Part shown: positions 30,455 through 43,806 of the stretch, in pieces
Layout of the letters: each line of letters opens with the position of its first letter
Numbering within the stretch: position 1 is the stretch's first letter
DNA from: Chlorokybus atmophyticus
Taxonomy: Eukaryota > Plantae > Mesostigma and Chlorokybus algae
Assembly: GCA_009103225.1 (NCBI GenBank)
Contig: RHPI01002533.1
Coordinates: 647,368 to 711,367 of the forward strand
Direction of reading: 5' to 3'
DNA: 64,000 nt
Notes under the pieces: generated by a model
Databases searched by the model: none
What the model saw: the letters and a program-made list of their open reading frames with translations, nothing else
What the model was told of the DNA's origin: nothing
Program-made: the position numbers and the translations under genes

Positions 30455-33400
30455 ATGGCAGAACAGGAAAAGGCTCAACCGCCTCCTGCGCCAGTGCGTC
30501 AGCGGGTGGCATGCTGCAGCAAAAGTTCCACGCAGCTATCCCCCACAAGTCCTTCGCTCCCTGCAACCACAACAGTGCCCCAACCTTCAGCAGTGGAACT
30601 CCTGCGGAAGCAACTGAACGAGCTCTGTGTGCGTGTTGGTGTACAGCAATCTAGCAAGTATTCTTCCACAAGAACCTTTGGGCCAGAAGTGCAGCAGCTT
30701 ACTGATGAGCAGTATGACATTCTGGTCAAGGTTGTTCCGGATGGACTGGTCTGTGCCCGCTGCGAGTTGAGTACCCAAGGCGAGCCGTTGAATTCTCCGG
30801 TGTATGTGCGATTGTCTGAGCTCAGAAAGCATCAGACAAAGCGACTCATTATTGGGGTGGAAGTGCCCACATTGCGGCCAAAACAATTGGGTTGGTTAAA
30901 AGTCAATCTGGGTGGCGAGGGTGAGCGGTTTACTCAAATCAACAGAAGGACTGCGCTCGTTCTCATGACCGGTGATGAGTTTGTTCGCTTCACTGAAAAT
31001 CAGTCAAAAAGCTGGTGCTCCCCGCTGTCAGTTCACATAGTTACAGGAGGAGTGGTGAAAAAAGAAGCACGCCTCAGGTGGCATGCATACATGTCCATGC
31101 TGCTGGACTTCATCCACGAGCTTTCACCCACCCACCCACCACTGCTGCAACGCGCATGTATGTGTTTAACCATTGGGTCACAGGCCATTTTTAGTATTGT
31201 CAGTTGTCGTTCCATGCTCTCGGAGTGCTGAGTTTCATTCAATGCAGGTCCTGAGTTGGAGGATGGCGAATCCTCTCCCAGCAATGCCCCATCTCTCATG
31301 GCTCACAGTGATGCCAAGCCATTGCAGAGAACGGCACGCCCAGCCGGCAGCATGGGTGCTCTTTCATCAAAGAGTACGTGCGTGCATGCGTGACATAAAC
31401 AGCAGCTCGCGCCCGAGCTGCTGTTCGTGTCAAGCCTGAGGGCGTATGTAGCACTGCACTTAGGTTCTGTAACTGACACATGTCTTGCAACAGGTGGTGG
31501 TGCTGATGAAGACAGCCATGATAACATGACGTTGGCGCAGCGCCGCAGCATATTGGCTCAGCTCAAACCAATCCAGAAGGAGCCAGCACAACCCTCTCAA
31601 CCAACCCAGCTCATGCACATACAAGTACCCAACTGTGCGGACCAGCCTGTGAGAGAAGGGCGAGAAACTGGCATACCCGCAGGTATTGCTCATCTTGGCA
31701 TGAAGGAGATTGCTGAACGCTATGCGTGCATGCACTCAGCTGTGCACTGTTATGCACCAGTGGTCCTTGCCAGTCTATACGGCAGTCAGCACTGCCACAA
31801 TCCATGCAACATTGGGTGACGCGTGCATGCGTATGTAGGACTTCATTTCGCTTGCTCGCTGCCGCAGCTACGCATTGCCATCTGTTGGCAAAGGGTGTGC
31901 GCTACTTGCACATTGATTTCTCAAGCTGATTCCTTTGCAGGCGCTGATAGCAAAGAGTCACTCAAGGCACATTCTGTTAGTCCGGCAACATCCAACGCAG
32001 CTGGTAAGTTGTGCTGTCCAGGGCATATGCATGGCCAACCAGATGGCCCCTCTCCTGCCGGCCTTCTTGTTAACATCACGTGAATCTGTTCAGGTACGAG
32101 CAGTGGAGTCAAAGTCAGAAAAGAAGCTGTGCGTGTAGAAGCTGTAGGTATGCTAGCAATTTGCATGCTGCGGTGTTTGCAGATGTGAAGTACATAAATG
32201 CAATCCGTTTGCAAGTAGTGGCTGACCCGCTGACTTGTCTTCTGCATGTGTTAGCATGCAGTGGCCCGGTACAAGTCCCCGGTCGAGCAAGCAGTGCAGC
32301 CGATTTGCTCACACCCGCAGCTCTGGGTATGCACTGTGTGGGCAGAGAAGCATACTCGTTTCAATTGCAACTGAACCGTTTCTTGTAAGACCACACAGTG
32401 GTTTCATGCGCTCTTGCTTGCATCATTGAGACGAGTTGTTATCTCACATGATGACTGCTGGCAGATGCACCAACCCAGTTGCACGATCATCAACATGACC
32501 AAGCCCGCGTAGCAGTGCAAGAGGGGCGTGCTGAAACTCCAAGTCACACAGGCAAAGATAACCTTGCGCAAAGTGCAGCCAGTCACCCGTTGCAGGCAGA
32601 TTGTGGAAAGCCTGTGGCTGTCTCTGACGCTCCAATCCAAGGCGAAGCACTACGCCATGCTTTGCTTGCCGAGGTTACAAGGAACTGGTTTCAATCAGAC
32701 GAGGAGTGGCTCTGCCGCATTCAAAACTTCTGTAGCCAGCACAAGAAGACGAAGCTGTTAATTGAACAACGACCTGCAGTGAGTGGCCAAGCTCAGGTCG
32801 CTGGCTTAGCGGGCGCTGCAGGTGTGCCGCAGCCGATGGTTACTTGTCCAACTTTTCCTCAGCTGCCTCTGCAAACCGCCACGTCAACGTCAACAACTGA
32901 GCCGCTGCAGTTAGATGAGGAAGAAGAGACAAGGGACATTATGGCTGTTTCTTCTCCGGTAGAGCAGTTGCAGCAGCTACCTCAAGGGCATGCTGATGAG
33001 GCCTCACCGATGCCGACGCCAACACCATTGCTGCGGCCGCCAACGAGTTACGCCAATGCCGTTGTTCTTCCCACATCACCACCACACCACAGCACACCAC
33101 ACCACAAGGAGGTAAAGACGGAAGGAAGTGACAAGGAGCGCTTCCGCACTCCAGTGGAGCAGCAACAGCCCTCTCAACGCCTTCACAGCAACAAGACACC
33201 ACTGCCCACACCAAGGCCATTGTCGTTGCCTCGGGCGCGTCTATATGAGCCAAGCACAAGTGACAGCGCACGCTTTCCCAGTCCAGTAGAGCATCAGCGA
33301 CAGCCATCTCACATTCGGCAGGGCACCAAGGCGTCACCGCCCATCCTGATACTGGCCCCGGTCCCGCAGTCCTTTCAAATTCATGAAAAGTCGAGTGACA

Positions 33401-34608
33401 AGGTGTGCGTGGACCAGCAACGACAGCCATCTAGACCGCTTGAAAGCAACGGGGCGCTATGCTCCACACCAACGCCTTCACCGCCACAGCAGCAGCAGCA
33501 GCAGCTACTGCGACAAGACTCTGGCGTACAGGTGGATAATGAGAGGCCTACAAGTGCTGCACCTGATGCCGGCCTGCGTGGTCGGTTTCCAAGCCGTGGG
33601 GACGCAGGCAGGCAGGGTCAACAACAGCCCACCCCTGAAGAAACTGCACAGCAACAGCATTGCAGAGTCCGCACTGACCAACTAGGCCGCTCAGGCAGTC
33701 AGGGTCATCAGCAGCAACCACCCGCAGTTGAAGAAACTGCACAGCAACAGCAGCACAGAGTCTACTCTGAACAACCAGGTCATGTCCTCAAGCACAATCA
33801 GCCATCATTGTCGGCAACTTCGCAGGTGTGCACTTGAGGGTCTCACTTGGTGTTTTGAATTGTCTTCACGTGTTACGCAGTATCTGGCGATGCTGGCATG
33901 GATTGACTTGTGCGCATGTGCTGTTTTAGGGCGCATCTAGCCTTCGGCCAGACCATCAGTCAGGTTGGCAGGCCAGGGATGGCAGGCCCCAGCGCGCTTG
34001 TAGCTTCGACTCAGCAGTGCAAGAGAGACTGGATGACTTGCGGAGGCGAAGAAACATCCACCAAGAAGAACTTGACGTTGACGTGTTGAGTAAGTCGTCA
34101 ATGTGCACAGTGCAATCATACACAACTGATTCATGAAGCAGCGCATGTGCTCTGGTATGACTGTGTGTTATAAAGCCTCCTTCAGTCTCTGGTTGTACGT
34201 GTATTGCGTGCAACCTCAAGCTCGTATAACTCCTCCCTGTGGGCAGACTTCCTGAGCAAGGTACAACCGAAGCTTGCTCTGAGGGCGCTTGACAACTTCT
34301 CCACCGATCTGCGACGGGAGCCTATAGGAAATAAATCAGCCTGGTTGACACGAATATTGAGGTGCGTGTTGCCAGTTCACAAGCACAGAAGGGAACGCTG
34401 TTGTCTGAGCAGACGCTTACCTCACTTTGGCAGGCAACTCCTTGAAGGTATTGAGACTAGTCATGAGCCTCGTATAGACGCGCACTATAATCGCACTCGT
34501 CGCGAGCCTTATGATCGTCAACATGATGCGCGTGACACAAAGCGTCGTCGTTATTGGACGGTAGAAGAACGTGTGCATGCTGAAGAAGATGGGCCGCCAG
34601 GATTTTGA
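30455..34608 (+). CDS. Large low-complexity hypothetical protein with C-terminal hnRNP-Q acidic-domain-like module
   Basis: Long open exons (30455-31078, 32462-33826) joined by GT-AG introns. VQERLDDLRRRRNIHQEELDVDVL-FLSKVQPKLALRALDNFSTDLRREPIGNKSAWLTRILR resembles the hnRNP Q/R N-terminal AcD pattern from memory. Internal exon structure is approximate. Confidence 0.6.
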
Positions 34609-36105
34609 TGGTCAAGTCAAGATGAGGTATGCTTGTTGTTGTATCAAACTGTGCAAAGCATTAGCACCAAACTTGCAATATGTGTCAGATGTGGTCCTGT
34701 TGCAATTGTCGTGTATTATGTGGGCCCGGGCTGCCATGGGCGAGCTGCCAGACACAGGCACTGGTCGTCGCGAGCTATGTGTGCACCGTCTGGAAGAAAT
34801 GGCGTATGCGAGTGCGCAAGCGGGTTGACGACAGCTGCATTTGTCGACATACTACCTGCATCGGAGGAACCAGGCTGAGATATGGGATGATCAAGTGCAC
34901 GTGTGTGAGCGTTATAAGCAAGCGCATGCTTGACTGTGGTTTTCCGGTAGAAAGAGGGATAATGTAGCAGTGACAGTTACGACCACACCACACCACAGAC
35001 GGTGTCTTGCTCGCTACTTGCACTCAAAGCGCTCTTGTGCAAAATGTATATAGCAGTGATGAGGTCGTCTCAACCGCTGTGTAGTGCAATGCATGGCTAG
35101 GTGCACATGACTACTGCAAAAGTACACATGTCCATCCGACTGACACTGCTACTACTACGGCTGATAGTGCGCGCTGCGTTGCATTAGCCGAAAGTTTTGC
35201 CTATGTCCAGCGTGCCAAAGTTAGTAGCACAGCCTTGGTGCAACAGTCTTGCATTTACATTGCTATTGTTCATCATTGCTGGTGGATTGGAATTATCCAT
35301 ACACCTATTGGATTTGGGTACAATGACTACTATGTGCAAAGGTACAAGTGTTGCCGCCATAAGTCCAGCTCACTTGCGCACAAGTTGTGACAAAACTAAC
35401 CTTAACCACCCCGAGACTCCAACCCGGGTCTCAAAGGCGAGGGGTCAAAGATAGAGTACGGGATTGGATGCAGTGGGCTGTAATGGTCTGTAGCCCAGTA
35501 TGGCCAACATCAAAGCTGCTGCTATGCGCTGCACTGGGCGCAGTTGCGGGCATTGCTGGAGGAGCGCGGCGCGGTGGGGTGGTGGGAAACACTGCTAACA
35601 ATGAAGGTGACATGCTAGCAATGGTGTGAGCGAATCGATATCGATATCAGCGCTGAGACGTAATGGGATGGGATGGGATGGGATGGGATGGGGTATGCGC
35701 GTTGCATCATGTGATTATGTGGCTAGGTATGGTACGGTGCATTACTTGCAACAAGGATATACTGCGCAGAAGCGTGTCAGTCCTACCGATAAGCTGCTGA
35801 TCAGGCAAGTTAATATGCACCGACCGCAAGCGCACGCTGGTCCAAGTTGAAGCACAAGGGCTCCGCCTGCGGCACTTTCAAGCAGCGACATGACAACACA
35901 TAGCCCAAGGAACTGCGACACATGCTACGAGACTGCTACAATGTACAACACTAACCACATAACGTTACATTTGACGCAGCCCAATGGCTGCTGCGACAAA
36001 CCATTGCTTTGCAACAGTGACGAGAATGGTCTCAACACTCCCCCCGATGCACATGCGCGCCACCGCCACAAACCACACAGGTTTTGCCCACATCTCAGTT
36101 TTACA

Positions 36106-37154
36106 TCACTCAAATTTGTCATTCGTCTGCGCCAGCGCATGGTGTGCTTTGTGCAGCTCGTCCACGGCTGCTGAGCGCTGCGCCTGCACCTGTTCTGCCA
36201 AGTGAGAGCTCATGCCGGTTAGGTCGCCAACCTGCTTGTTCGTGCGGTCGATGGCGTGTTCTAGGGTGTCCGTCGGGGAAGGCCCATGCATGCAAAGCTC
36301 GCGATACTCTTTTGCCTGCACGCACACAACCGCAATAAATCAAGGACAGGACATGTAACAAGCTGCCTCAGTTTGTTACATGTCCTGTCCTTGATTAGCT
36401 GTAATGGTGGGTGTCCAATCCATGTACGAGCATATGCACCGGATAGCATAACAAAGACAAACGTGCAGCATGCTTGCACAAACTCACACATACGCGCGCA
36501 CGTTGAGTGACCATCACTTGCACCAACATGTTGGCGCACATGCATAATGGAAATGTTACATGTAGGTCTACTCGGTCAACCACCTGCTGTACAAGAAGTT
36601 CGTCTGGTTCACGCTGTCCCTCCACCATCCGCAACTCGTCATCAGGCTGGAGCGAGTGCGGATCACCACCATGGCAGAACTGCAGCACCCGCACATGAGT
36701 GCATGCCCGCATGTGAGGATCAACACTCGAACACAGCAGCAGCAGCAGCAAAAGCATTAACAGCCTCAACCTGGATCTTTTTGCGCTCGCGTATGGTATG
36801 CAAGAGGTTATTCCGCAATTCCTCCTTTCTGGCTTCCGTTCCATCCTGAAACATATCACGCAAAGAAGCGTCCCTGCATGCTGCTGTTCAAAGCTGGCAC
36901 AGAGCATGGAGCGAGAGAGAGGCTTCCGTGCATGCATGAAAACTTACGACGAGCGACCCAGTCATCACCTCTTCACGGTGCTCGTCGTCGCCTTCGTGAG
37001 ACTTGTCTTTCCCTTCCTCCGCCTCCGCCTCCGTCTTTTTCTCAAGCTGCTGGTCTCGCACCGCTTCCTCATGCACGATCTGGTGGGCTTCGGTAACGGC
37101 TGCGTCGCCGGAGGCCTTCTCCCCGCTCTCGTGCCGCAACTGACCTTCCTCCAT
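36106..37154 (-). CDS. Hypothetical acidic/coiled-coil protein
   Basis: Four exons join in phase with GT-AG sites: MEEGQLRHES..., DGTEARKEELRNNLLHTIRERKKIQ, FCHGGDPH..RVDLH, AKEYRELC..TNDKFE*. Confidence 0.6.
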
Positions 37155-37462
37155 GATCACTGTCACTGTCACTGTCAACGACCCAGCCACACAGCAGCTT
37201 GAGCTCAAGCTTGAGCTTGAACTTGCGCTGGAACTGGCCTGTGGCTTGAGGTCGAGCTTGCGCTGACGTTTGAGCTGAAGCTTGAGCTTGAGCTGAAGCT
37301 TGGCTGCTACTGACACCAAACCTCTCTCAGCCAACTCCTGGTCAGCAAGATCAGTCTACTCCGCCGCCTCCGCCGGGATAGCGCTACTTGGAGCGTTTGG
37401 TCTGCTTGTTGTCGTCCTGTTGGTGGTGGTCCGGGTGGTTGTGGATCTTGGTGGTTTCGTGG

Positions 37463-38734
37463 ATGGCTTCGGGGTCGGCGTCCAAGGGTGACGTGTCCAC
37501 AGCCTCGTACTGGAGGAGGCTGTGGGTGAGGCGGAAGGTGGCGCTCGGGGCGTGGTTCTTGTCGGGGGTATCCACGTCGCTGGCGCTGTCGCTGCTGCGG
37601 ATCAGGCGAGAGGCGCGGGAGGCAAAGGAGGAGCTCACAGCCGCGCGACAGCAGCTCGCCACCGCCAGGGAGAAGGAGAAGGAGGCGCGGGACAAGTTGC
37701 TCCTCATGCGACAGGAGGTTAGCCAGGACATTGTCGTGGTGGTGGTGGTGGTGGTGGTGGTGGTGGTGGTGGTGGTCGTCGTGGTTATTGTCATCGTCGT
37801 CACAGCCAGCAGCAGTGTCGAACAGTTCTCTTACAATAAACACACACACAAAAACGGTGGCTTGGACCCAACAATACGCTCCACTCAACAAGCACATGCT
37901 TTCTGCTCAGTATGCAACACTTGCATGTGAGCAGAACGCATGCGCGTCAACATGCATACGATGCTCAAGGCACCCAAACGTGTTAACTGGCCTAAAAGTC
38001 GTTTCAGCTTGGCAATAACAACCATGCAACTATGCGAAAATCTGTTGAAAGCTTTCATGTTGCATGCGTATGATCGGCTACACTGCCCACTGGACAGTGC
38101 ATGGTTTTGTGTGACTACTGACCAAACAGCACCAATACACATACATAAGCTAGCTGGCCTCTTGGTGCAGCTGCTCGAGGAGCTGCAGGGTGGGGGTGGA
38201 GGGCGCAGCGGGCGGCGCAGCGCAGCAAACGATAATTTGGAGCGGATTGTGCGCAAGTACGATAACGCCGTCACCGAATCGGCAAAGGCTAACGCAAACG
38301 CTAACAGCAAGGGTGAGTGCTTTGCCTGTGGAGTTTGCTCTGCTTGCATGCATGTGTGAAGTTGCAGTTGGTATGCTTGTTGTGTGCACACCGTGTCGAG
38401 ATGCATCCCCCTCTCGCCAGCAAGCCGAGACACAACACGGCAAGTCCAGACGGTTGGTAAGCATGTGTTGCTTCTCAGCTTAGGAGAGATCTCGACACTG
38501 AGCATTGTGTGTCATATCTGCTGCAGTTACCCTTGTAATGCTGTTTCACGGTTCATTATTGCATATGCATAAGCCGCTTGAGGCGTATGCCATGCTCACA
38601 GTATGCCATGCTCACACTGACATGTAATGCACTTCACGCACATGTGCGATATTGGAGATAGCTCATAAGCATCTTCAAGCCTGAACAATTGCATGGTTGC
38701 AGCAGCGGAGCACAAGGCCAAGGTGATGGTGTGA
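37463..38734 (+). CDS. Small hypothetical membrane-anchored coiled-coil protein
   Basis: MASGSASKGD..VALGAWFLSGVSTSLALSLL (hydrophobic) then heptad-like RREAREAKEELTAARQQLATAREKEKEARDKL; downstream exons LLEELQ..NANSK and AAEHKAKVMV*. Confidence 0.55.
37736..37776. repeat. (GGT)n microsatellite, intronic
   Basis: Uninterrupted GGT run directly visible. Confidence 0.9.
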
Positions 38735-38846
38735 GGGTTTCAGCCAGTAAAACCGATGGGATAGCGGTTCATCCCCATCAATCCATTTATCCTCAACTTG
38801 CTTATGGTTGACGCATGACGAATGGGTGAAATTCTCTATGTCAAGA

Positions 38847-40380
38847 TCAAGCAATAGATGTTTGGATAGAATTGGGTGCAGAGGTTTGATAGCATAACAC
38901 TGTCAAGGGAGTGGGGCTGTGCGGATGAATGTTGTAGTGGCTAGCATCAACGCAGTGAAGTTGCCCCTCACCCATCAAACACTGCAAAGATTGAGTCCAT
39001 CCCCTCTTATGCAAAGTGTATGTATCCCCCCCCTCGCCACCGATAATCACCTAATGAGTGCTGTCTTGGATCACCATCTGACTGGACCGTTTACCTCCAC
39101 ATAAGAGCTCCCTGCGCAGCTCCCGATCTCATCTGCACACGTCAGCAGACAGGAAACAGTGCCACCAGTTAACCACCAATGGCAATGCAGTGCTGCTACA
39201 CAAAACCACCAATACAGCCCCTGCAGCTCTAAAAATGGATTCTGACTTCTGCTACACCAGTACTACCATGAACAACAACAATAACAACAACTATGGGGTT
39301 TTTGCTTGCCTGAGGTTGGGTCGTCGCAGGTGCTGCGCGGGGGTCGCTCACACGTGCAAATGGGCTCCTGGCCCTCGGCGAAACAGTTGGACACGGGGCA
39401 GTCCGGCGTCGTGGGACACTCATACCCCACACATGGATCTGCACAATTCAAGAGTATATATGATTCACACTCTCACAGTGTCATACACGATGTGTATACA
39501 CGGTGTATAAGAGCCCATCTTGCGCGCGTACACGCAAGATGTGCACACAAGCAGCGTGTACACATCTTGCGTGTATGCACGCAAGTTTACGCCTGAATGT
39601 TTGTACATACCGTAGGCGTTGCAGTCGGAGGCCATGCGGAACAGCAACCATCCGGTCTCTTCAGGGCGCGAGTCGCACGCTACGCGGACGCGCACAAGCT
39701 TGCGGTCGAGGAGCTGTCGCGCCCCGCCGGCGTACGCGGCAGCCCCGCTCAGCACCCCGACGCCGCTACCGCCCACGCCAACCGCCTCCGCGAAAGGCCG
39801 ACCACCGGTCACGGGACCCGCCACATCAAAGGACTTCTTGAACACCGTCGCGCAAGCGCCGCGGTTTGATTGCACCTAGGTGAGGATGATAAGTGGTGAT
39901 GATGATGATGATGATGATGATGATGGTCATGGTCATGGTCATGGTCATGGTCATGGTCATGGTCATGTGAGTACCTGAACAGCGGTTTCAACCATGCCAG
40001 CGAGGTGGCAGTCCGTAGCCACGGTTCCATCCCTGCGGTTCATGTTACTTGTCTTGTGTATTGATGTTGTGACGGTTGGGTTATCCGACTCATCTTACAA
40101 CCAGCACACAGTTCAATCTATCCCAACACGCCAGTAACTACACCACCAAACCATTTTGCACGCACATGTGGACGAGGGGGTTGTCGGCGGCGTTGACGTG
40201 GGCGAGCGCGTCCGCAGCGGCGGTACTGTCTGGCTGCGGGAGTGGGAAGCAGGGCGGCGGGCCCTGCAGGGAATGCGCGAAGCGAAGCGACTCGTGGAAG
40301 CCGTATGCGCAGTTCTGAGCGGAGGCGGGGGCGGGGGTGTGGATGATAAGGAGAAGGAGGCCGAGGGGGAGGAGGACCAT
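38847..40380 (-). CDS. Predicted secreted protein with a Cys-rich repeat
   Basis: Signal-like MVLLPLGLLLLIIHTPAPASA; in-phase exons ...LVH/MDGTVATDCHLAGMVETAVQ/VQSNRGACATVF...DCNAY/DPCVGYECPTTPDCPVSNCFAEGQEPICTCERPPRSTCDDPTS. The 3' exons are uncertain, and an upstream exon (ATG 40678) is possible. Confidence 0.55.
39897..39966. repeat. Compound (GAT)n(GGTCAT)n microsatellite, intronic
   Basis: Directly visible; lies between a GT donor and AG acceptor of the minus-strand secreted-protein gene. Confidence 0.85.
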
Positions 40381-40846
40381 TGCTGAGCAAAAGCAGGACA
40401 GAGTGTTTTGGGTTGGGTTAGCTTGTTGGGTTGCAATGCTTTGATACTACCAATGTTGCTGTGTAACATCGTGTTCATCAGCACTTAAACGCTGTGTGAT
40501 TGAAAATAAGGGGTGTGAATGCGAGATCTTTGTAAACATGTGGCTGAGTTGTGGCAATGGTGAATGACGCCACTGCACGGGATTGAAGGCGTGGTTTGGC
40601 AACCATAAGCTTAAGGCGGTGCGATCGCGTACCAGAGCGCAAGGATGTCTCTGCAGACGTCGTCATCGTTCTCCTCATCGCCGCCTCCGCCGCCGCCCAG
40701 CTCGATTGTGCGGGAGCCACGTCGCCAAGGCTGCCCTTAGAGCTATTTTCTAACGTCTGTCACGTGGGACATTGGACATGGGCCTCCGCATACTGCTCCT
40801 CGAGTAGCTGCCCTGGTTGCCGCATACTGCCACATCAGACAAAAAG

Positions 40847-40858
40847 CCCTAACCCTAA
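40847..40858. promoter_or_regulatory. Tandem telomeric dimer CCCTAACCCTAA upstream of ZC3H15
   Basis: About 180 bp upstream of ATG 41038 in a divergent promoter/5' region; function inferred. Confidence 0.45.
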
Positions 40859-41037
40859 TCGGCGGCGGCGGGGCCGGCGGTGTGCGTGGCGTAGTCGTCG
40901 CCGGCGGGGGCCGGCGGGGCCGGCGAGACGTGGTTGGAGGAGGCGGGGTACAGTGCGCTACGTGAGGAGGTGCACCAAGTCCCTGATCCAGCCGTACAGG
41001 CTTGCAGTCTCTTAATCCTGCCTGATTGCTTGGCGTC

Positions 41038-43255
41038 ATGCCGCCCAAGAAGGTCCCTTCGGGCGTAGTCAAGGCGGAGCAAGCCAAAAAGCAGAAGGTA
41101 TGTCAGTCCAAGTTGAGACAAAATGTCGATGTCCTAGTTGGCGCCAATTTGCCATTCTTGTGTGGGGTTCTGCGCCATGCATCGTCGCTGTAGATCAGTT
41201 CGGGGCATTGTCAGTAGCAAACATCGCAGCTAGGCGTCCCCTGCAGTCATTGGCGCTATCGAGCAGGGAAATAATGGCAACGGAGCAGTGTCGTCTCTGA
41301 GCTTTGGTGTTACAGGAGTGCTTACTGGCTTGATATCTTGTCAAATGTGGCCTCAATGAGCGCTTAGGTGTCAGCAATTGTTGTTCTTGAAGACCGCTGT
41401 TGTGGGAGCTCTGTAACTCAACGTTTTTGCACGCACACCTGTGCAGACTGTGGAAGACAAGACTTTCGGGTTGAAGAACAAAAACAAGAGCAAGACGGTG
41501 CAGAAGTATGTGCAGAATCTGCAGTCGAGCGTGCAAGCGACGCAGAACAAGCGCAAGACGGAACTAGATCCGAAAGAAGCCTCTCGTAAGAAGAAGGAGG
41601 AGGAGGCCAAGCGACAGCTTGAACTGAACGAGCTGTTCAAGGTATCAGTGACTGCATGTTGGTTGACAGGTCTATTGAGTGGATTGATGACACACAGCAG
41701 TGGTGCAATCTTTCTGCACGTGAGCACATGACATGATGAGGAATTTCATGCCATCGAACTGCAGAAGCAGTGCAGTCTTGTGCAACATGCATCTCTGTTG
41801 TGCAGCACTGCGTATCGCCTCTGCGCAACTGTATGCGTGGAGTTGTTGTCAACGCGTGTGACGTGTTGCCTTGACCGCGACTGTAGGTAGCAATTTCACA
41901 ACCCAAGGCGCCGCCGGGCGTGGACCCCAAATCTATTCTGTGCGAGTACTATCGTCGCGGGCAGTGTACAAAAGGGTTCAAGTGCAAGTATTCACACGAT
42001 CTGAATGTGGAGCGCAAGGGTGAGAAGATTGATCTGTACAGCGATCAACGAGACAAGGAACAGGATGATCCCATGACTGAGTGGGACCAGGTTGGTTTAT
42101 GCGCTGGTTAGGCGTTGTCGGATTTATCCATGTACCCCGCAGACAATTGCGGCCTTGCAATCACTGATGACATGCTGTCTTCAAGGCCAAACTGGAGGAG
42201 GCAGTGGCATCAAAGAGTAAAGAGTACAACCAAAATAAACCAACAGATATTATTTGCAAGCACTTCCTGGAATCAATTGAAAAGCGCCAGTATGGATGGT
42301 TCTGGGCTTGTCCAAATGGCGGAAAAGCGTGTCAGGTAGGCAGCCGATGTCGACCGCACATCATTAGTGCACGAGGCTTTTTGTGACTTTAAAGTGAACT
42401 GTGAAGCGCCTCACAAATCGCAACTTATTCCTGCTTCCTGTCCATCTGCAGTATCGACACGCGCTGCCTCCTGGCTATGTCTTGAAGTCGCAGCTAAAAG
42501 CACTTGCAGAAGAGAGTGGAATGAACACCAAGACTCTTGAAGAAGAGATCGAGGAGCAGAGGGGGAAGTTGGCCGCTTCGACGCCTGTCACAGATAGTGT
42601 GTTTTCTGATTGGAAAAAGCGAAAGCTCGCTGAGAAGGAGCAGCAGAGAGAGCGTGAGCAGCTGGAAAGGGCAAAGGATAACCGGATGAGGTATGAGGTG
42701 CCAGGCCGCATTGAGCTGCTCTTACACTGTGCTGGTTGACGCTGCCCCTGTAACAAGTGGTTACTAAGCGACTTGCTGCAGTGGGAGGGAGCTGTTCGAG
42801 ATGGATGCATCTGCTTTTGTTGATGATGAGGGTGCGGCGGATGCTTACACACGCGATGAAGACGCTGAGAGACATAGGCCAAGCACAACCACCAATGTAG
42901 GTTAAGCTGTTACTGCAGGCGGCTGGCTATTATTGATGAGCCTGTGTCTGGATTGCTTAATGAAGGCTTTCAGGGACTAACACCAGTTGTTATTGCAGGG
43001 ATATCATTCTGAGGGTGAAGACGGCCGGCAAGCAGGTCCATCAAGTAGTCGAGTTGCCGAGGAGCTGAGCAATGCAGAAGATCTCTTTGCTGAGGTGTGC
43101 GCTGTGCCTTGCGCACATTCATCCTTGATATTCTTGGCTGGGTTGCTGACTCTGGTCATTTGCAGGACGATGACGAGCTCGACGAGGACGAGCTTGGGGC
43201 TGATGAACTGGAAGAGCTGGAGGCGCAGATGACTGCGGTGAAAGTTAGTGGTTGA
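41038..43255 (+). CDS. ZC3H15: CCCH zinc-finger protein ZC3H15/DFRP1/TMA46
   Basis: MPPKK, VEDKTFGLKNKNKSK, DPKSILCEYYRRGQCTKGFKCKYSHDL, ICKHFLESIEKRQYGWFWACPNGG, YRHALPPGYVLK, acidic tail. Confidence 0.95.
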
Positions 43256-43616
43256 CCTTGCGTTGCAGGCACGCAGTTAGAAGCAATGGCTCTGTGTAAT
43301 ACAAGTCTTGTACAGCGCGACCTGCATTTCAGGTTACAGCTGGTTGGTCACCTTGGATCTGCATGCATGATGGTTCCAGCTGCACTCAATCCGGCTCAAT
43401 TACAGGCGTCGCCCAGGTTCACCAAGGCTGTGACCCTGTGCGTTTAACTGTTGTATAACTGAATATATTGAAGTGACATACATTGCTTTTCTACATCTCA
43501 TACATGCTCACCTCACTAGGCAACAACACATACATGCGCCACATTGTGTGTATGTCAAAAATAGAGTAAAACTCTGGTGTTGTGCTATGCTATGCTGACG
43601 GCAAGCACTATGTATG

Positions 43617-43806
43617 TACACGGCACTTTCCCAGCACAGTTGCAGTAAGACAAAACACCGCTGGTCCATCAGTGCGCTAGAGTGATCAGCTAAGGGCCTA
43701 CTGCCATTAGATTACACGGCACTTTCCCAGCACAGTTGCAGTAAGACAAAACACTGCTGGTCCATTAGTGCGCTAGAGCGATCAGCTAAGGGCCTACTGC
43801 CATTAG
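43617..43806. repeat. Two-copy ~96-bp tandem duplication
   Basis: TACACGGCACTTTCCCAGCACAG...CTACTGCCATTAG at 43617 and 43713 with about 3 substitutions. Confidence 0.9.

Noticed and set aside
35053-35150. C/D box snoRNA (GTGATGA ... CTGA)
   Set aside because: Flanking complementarity does not give K-turn geometry and no rRNA guide was recognised.
37731-38018. Poly-Trp/Val/Thr ORFs
   Set aside because: Translations of an intronic (GGT)n microsatellite.
39809-40030. Poly-His/His-Asp metal-binding peptide ORF
   Set aside because: The HD/H run is a microsatellite inside an intron; flanking exons join in phase without it.
40840-40900. Telomerase RNA template candidate (CCCTAACCCTAA)
   Set aside because: No recognisable Pol III type-3 promoter or conserved TR structure seen; position fits a promoter telo-box.
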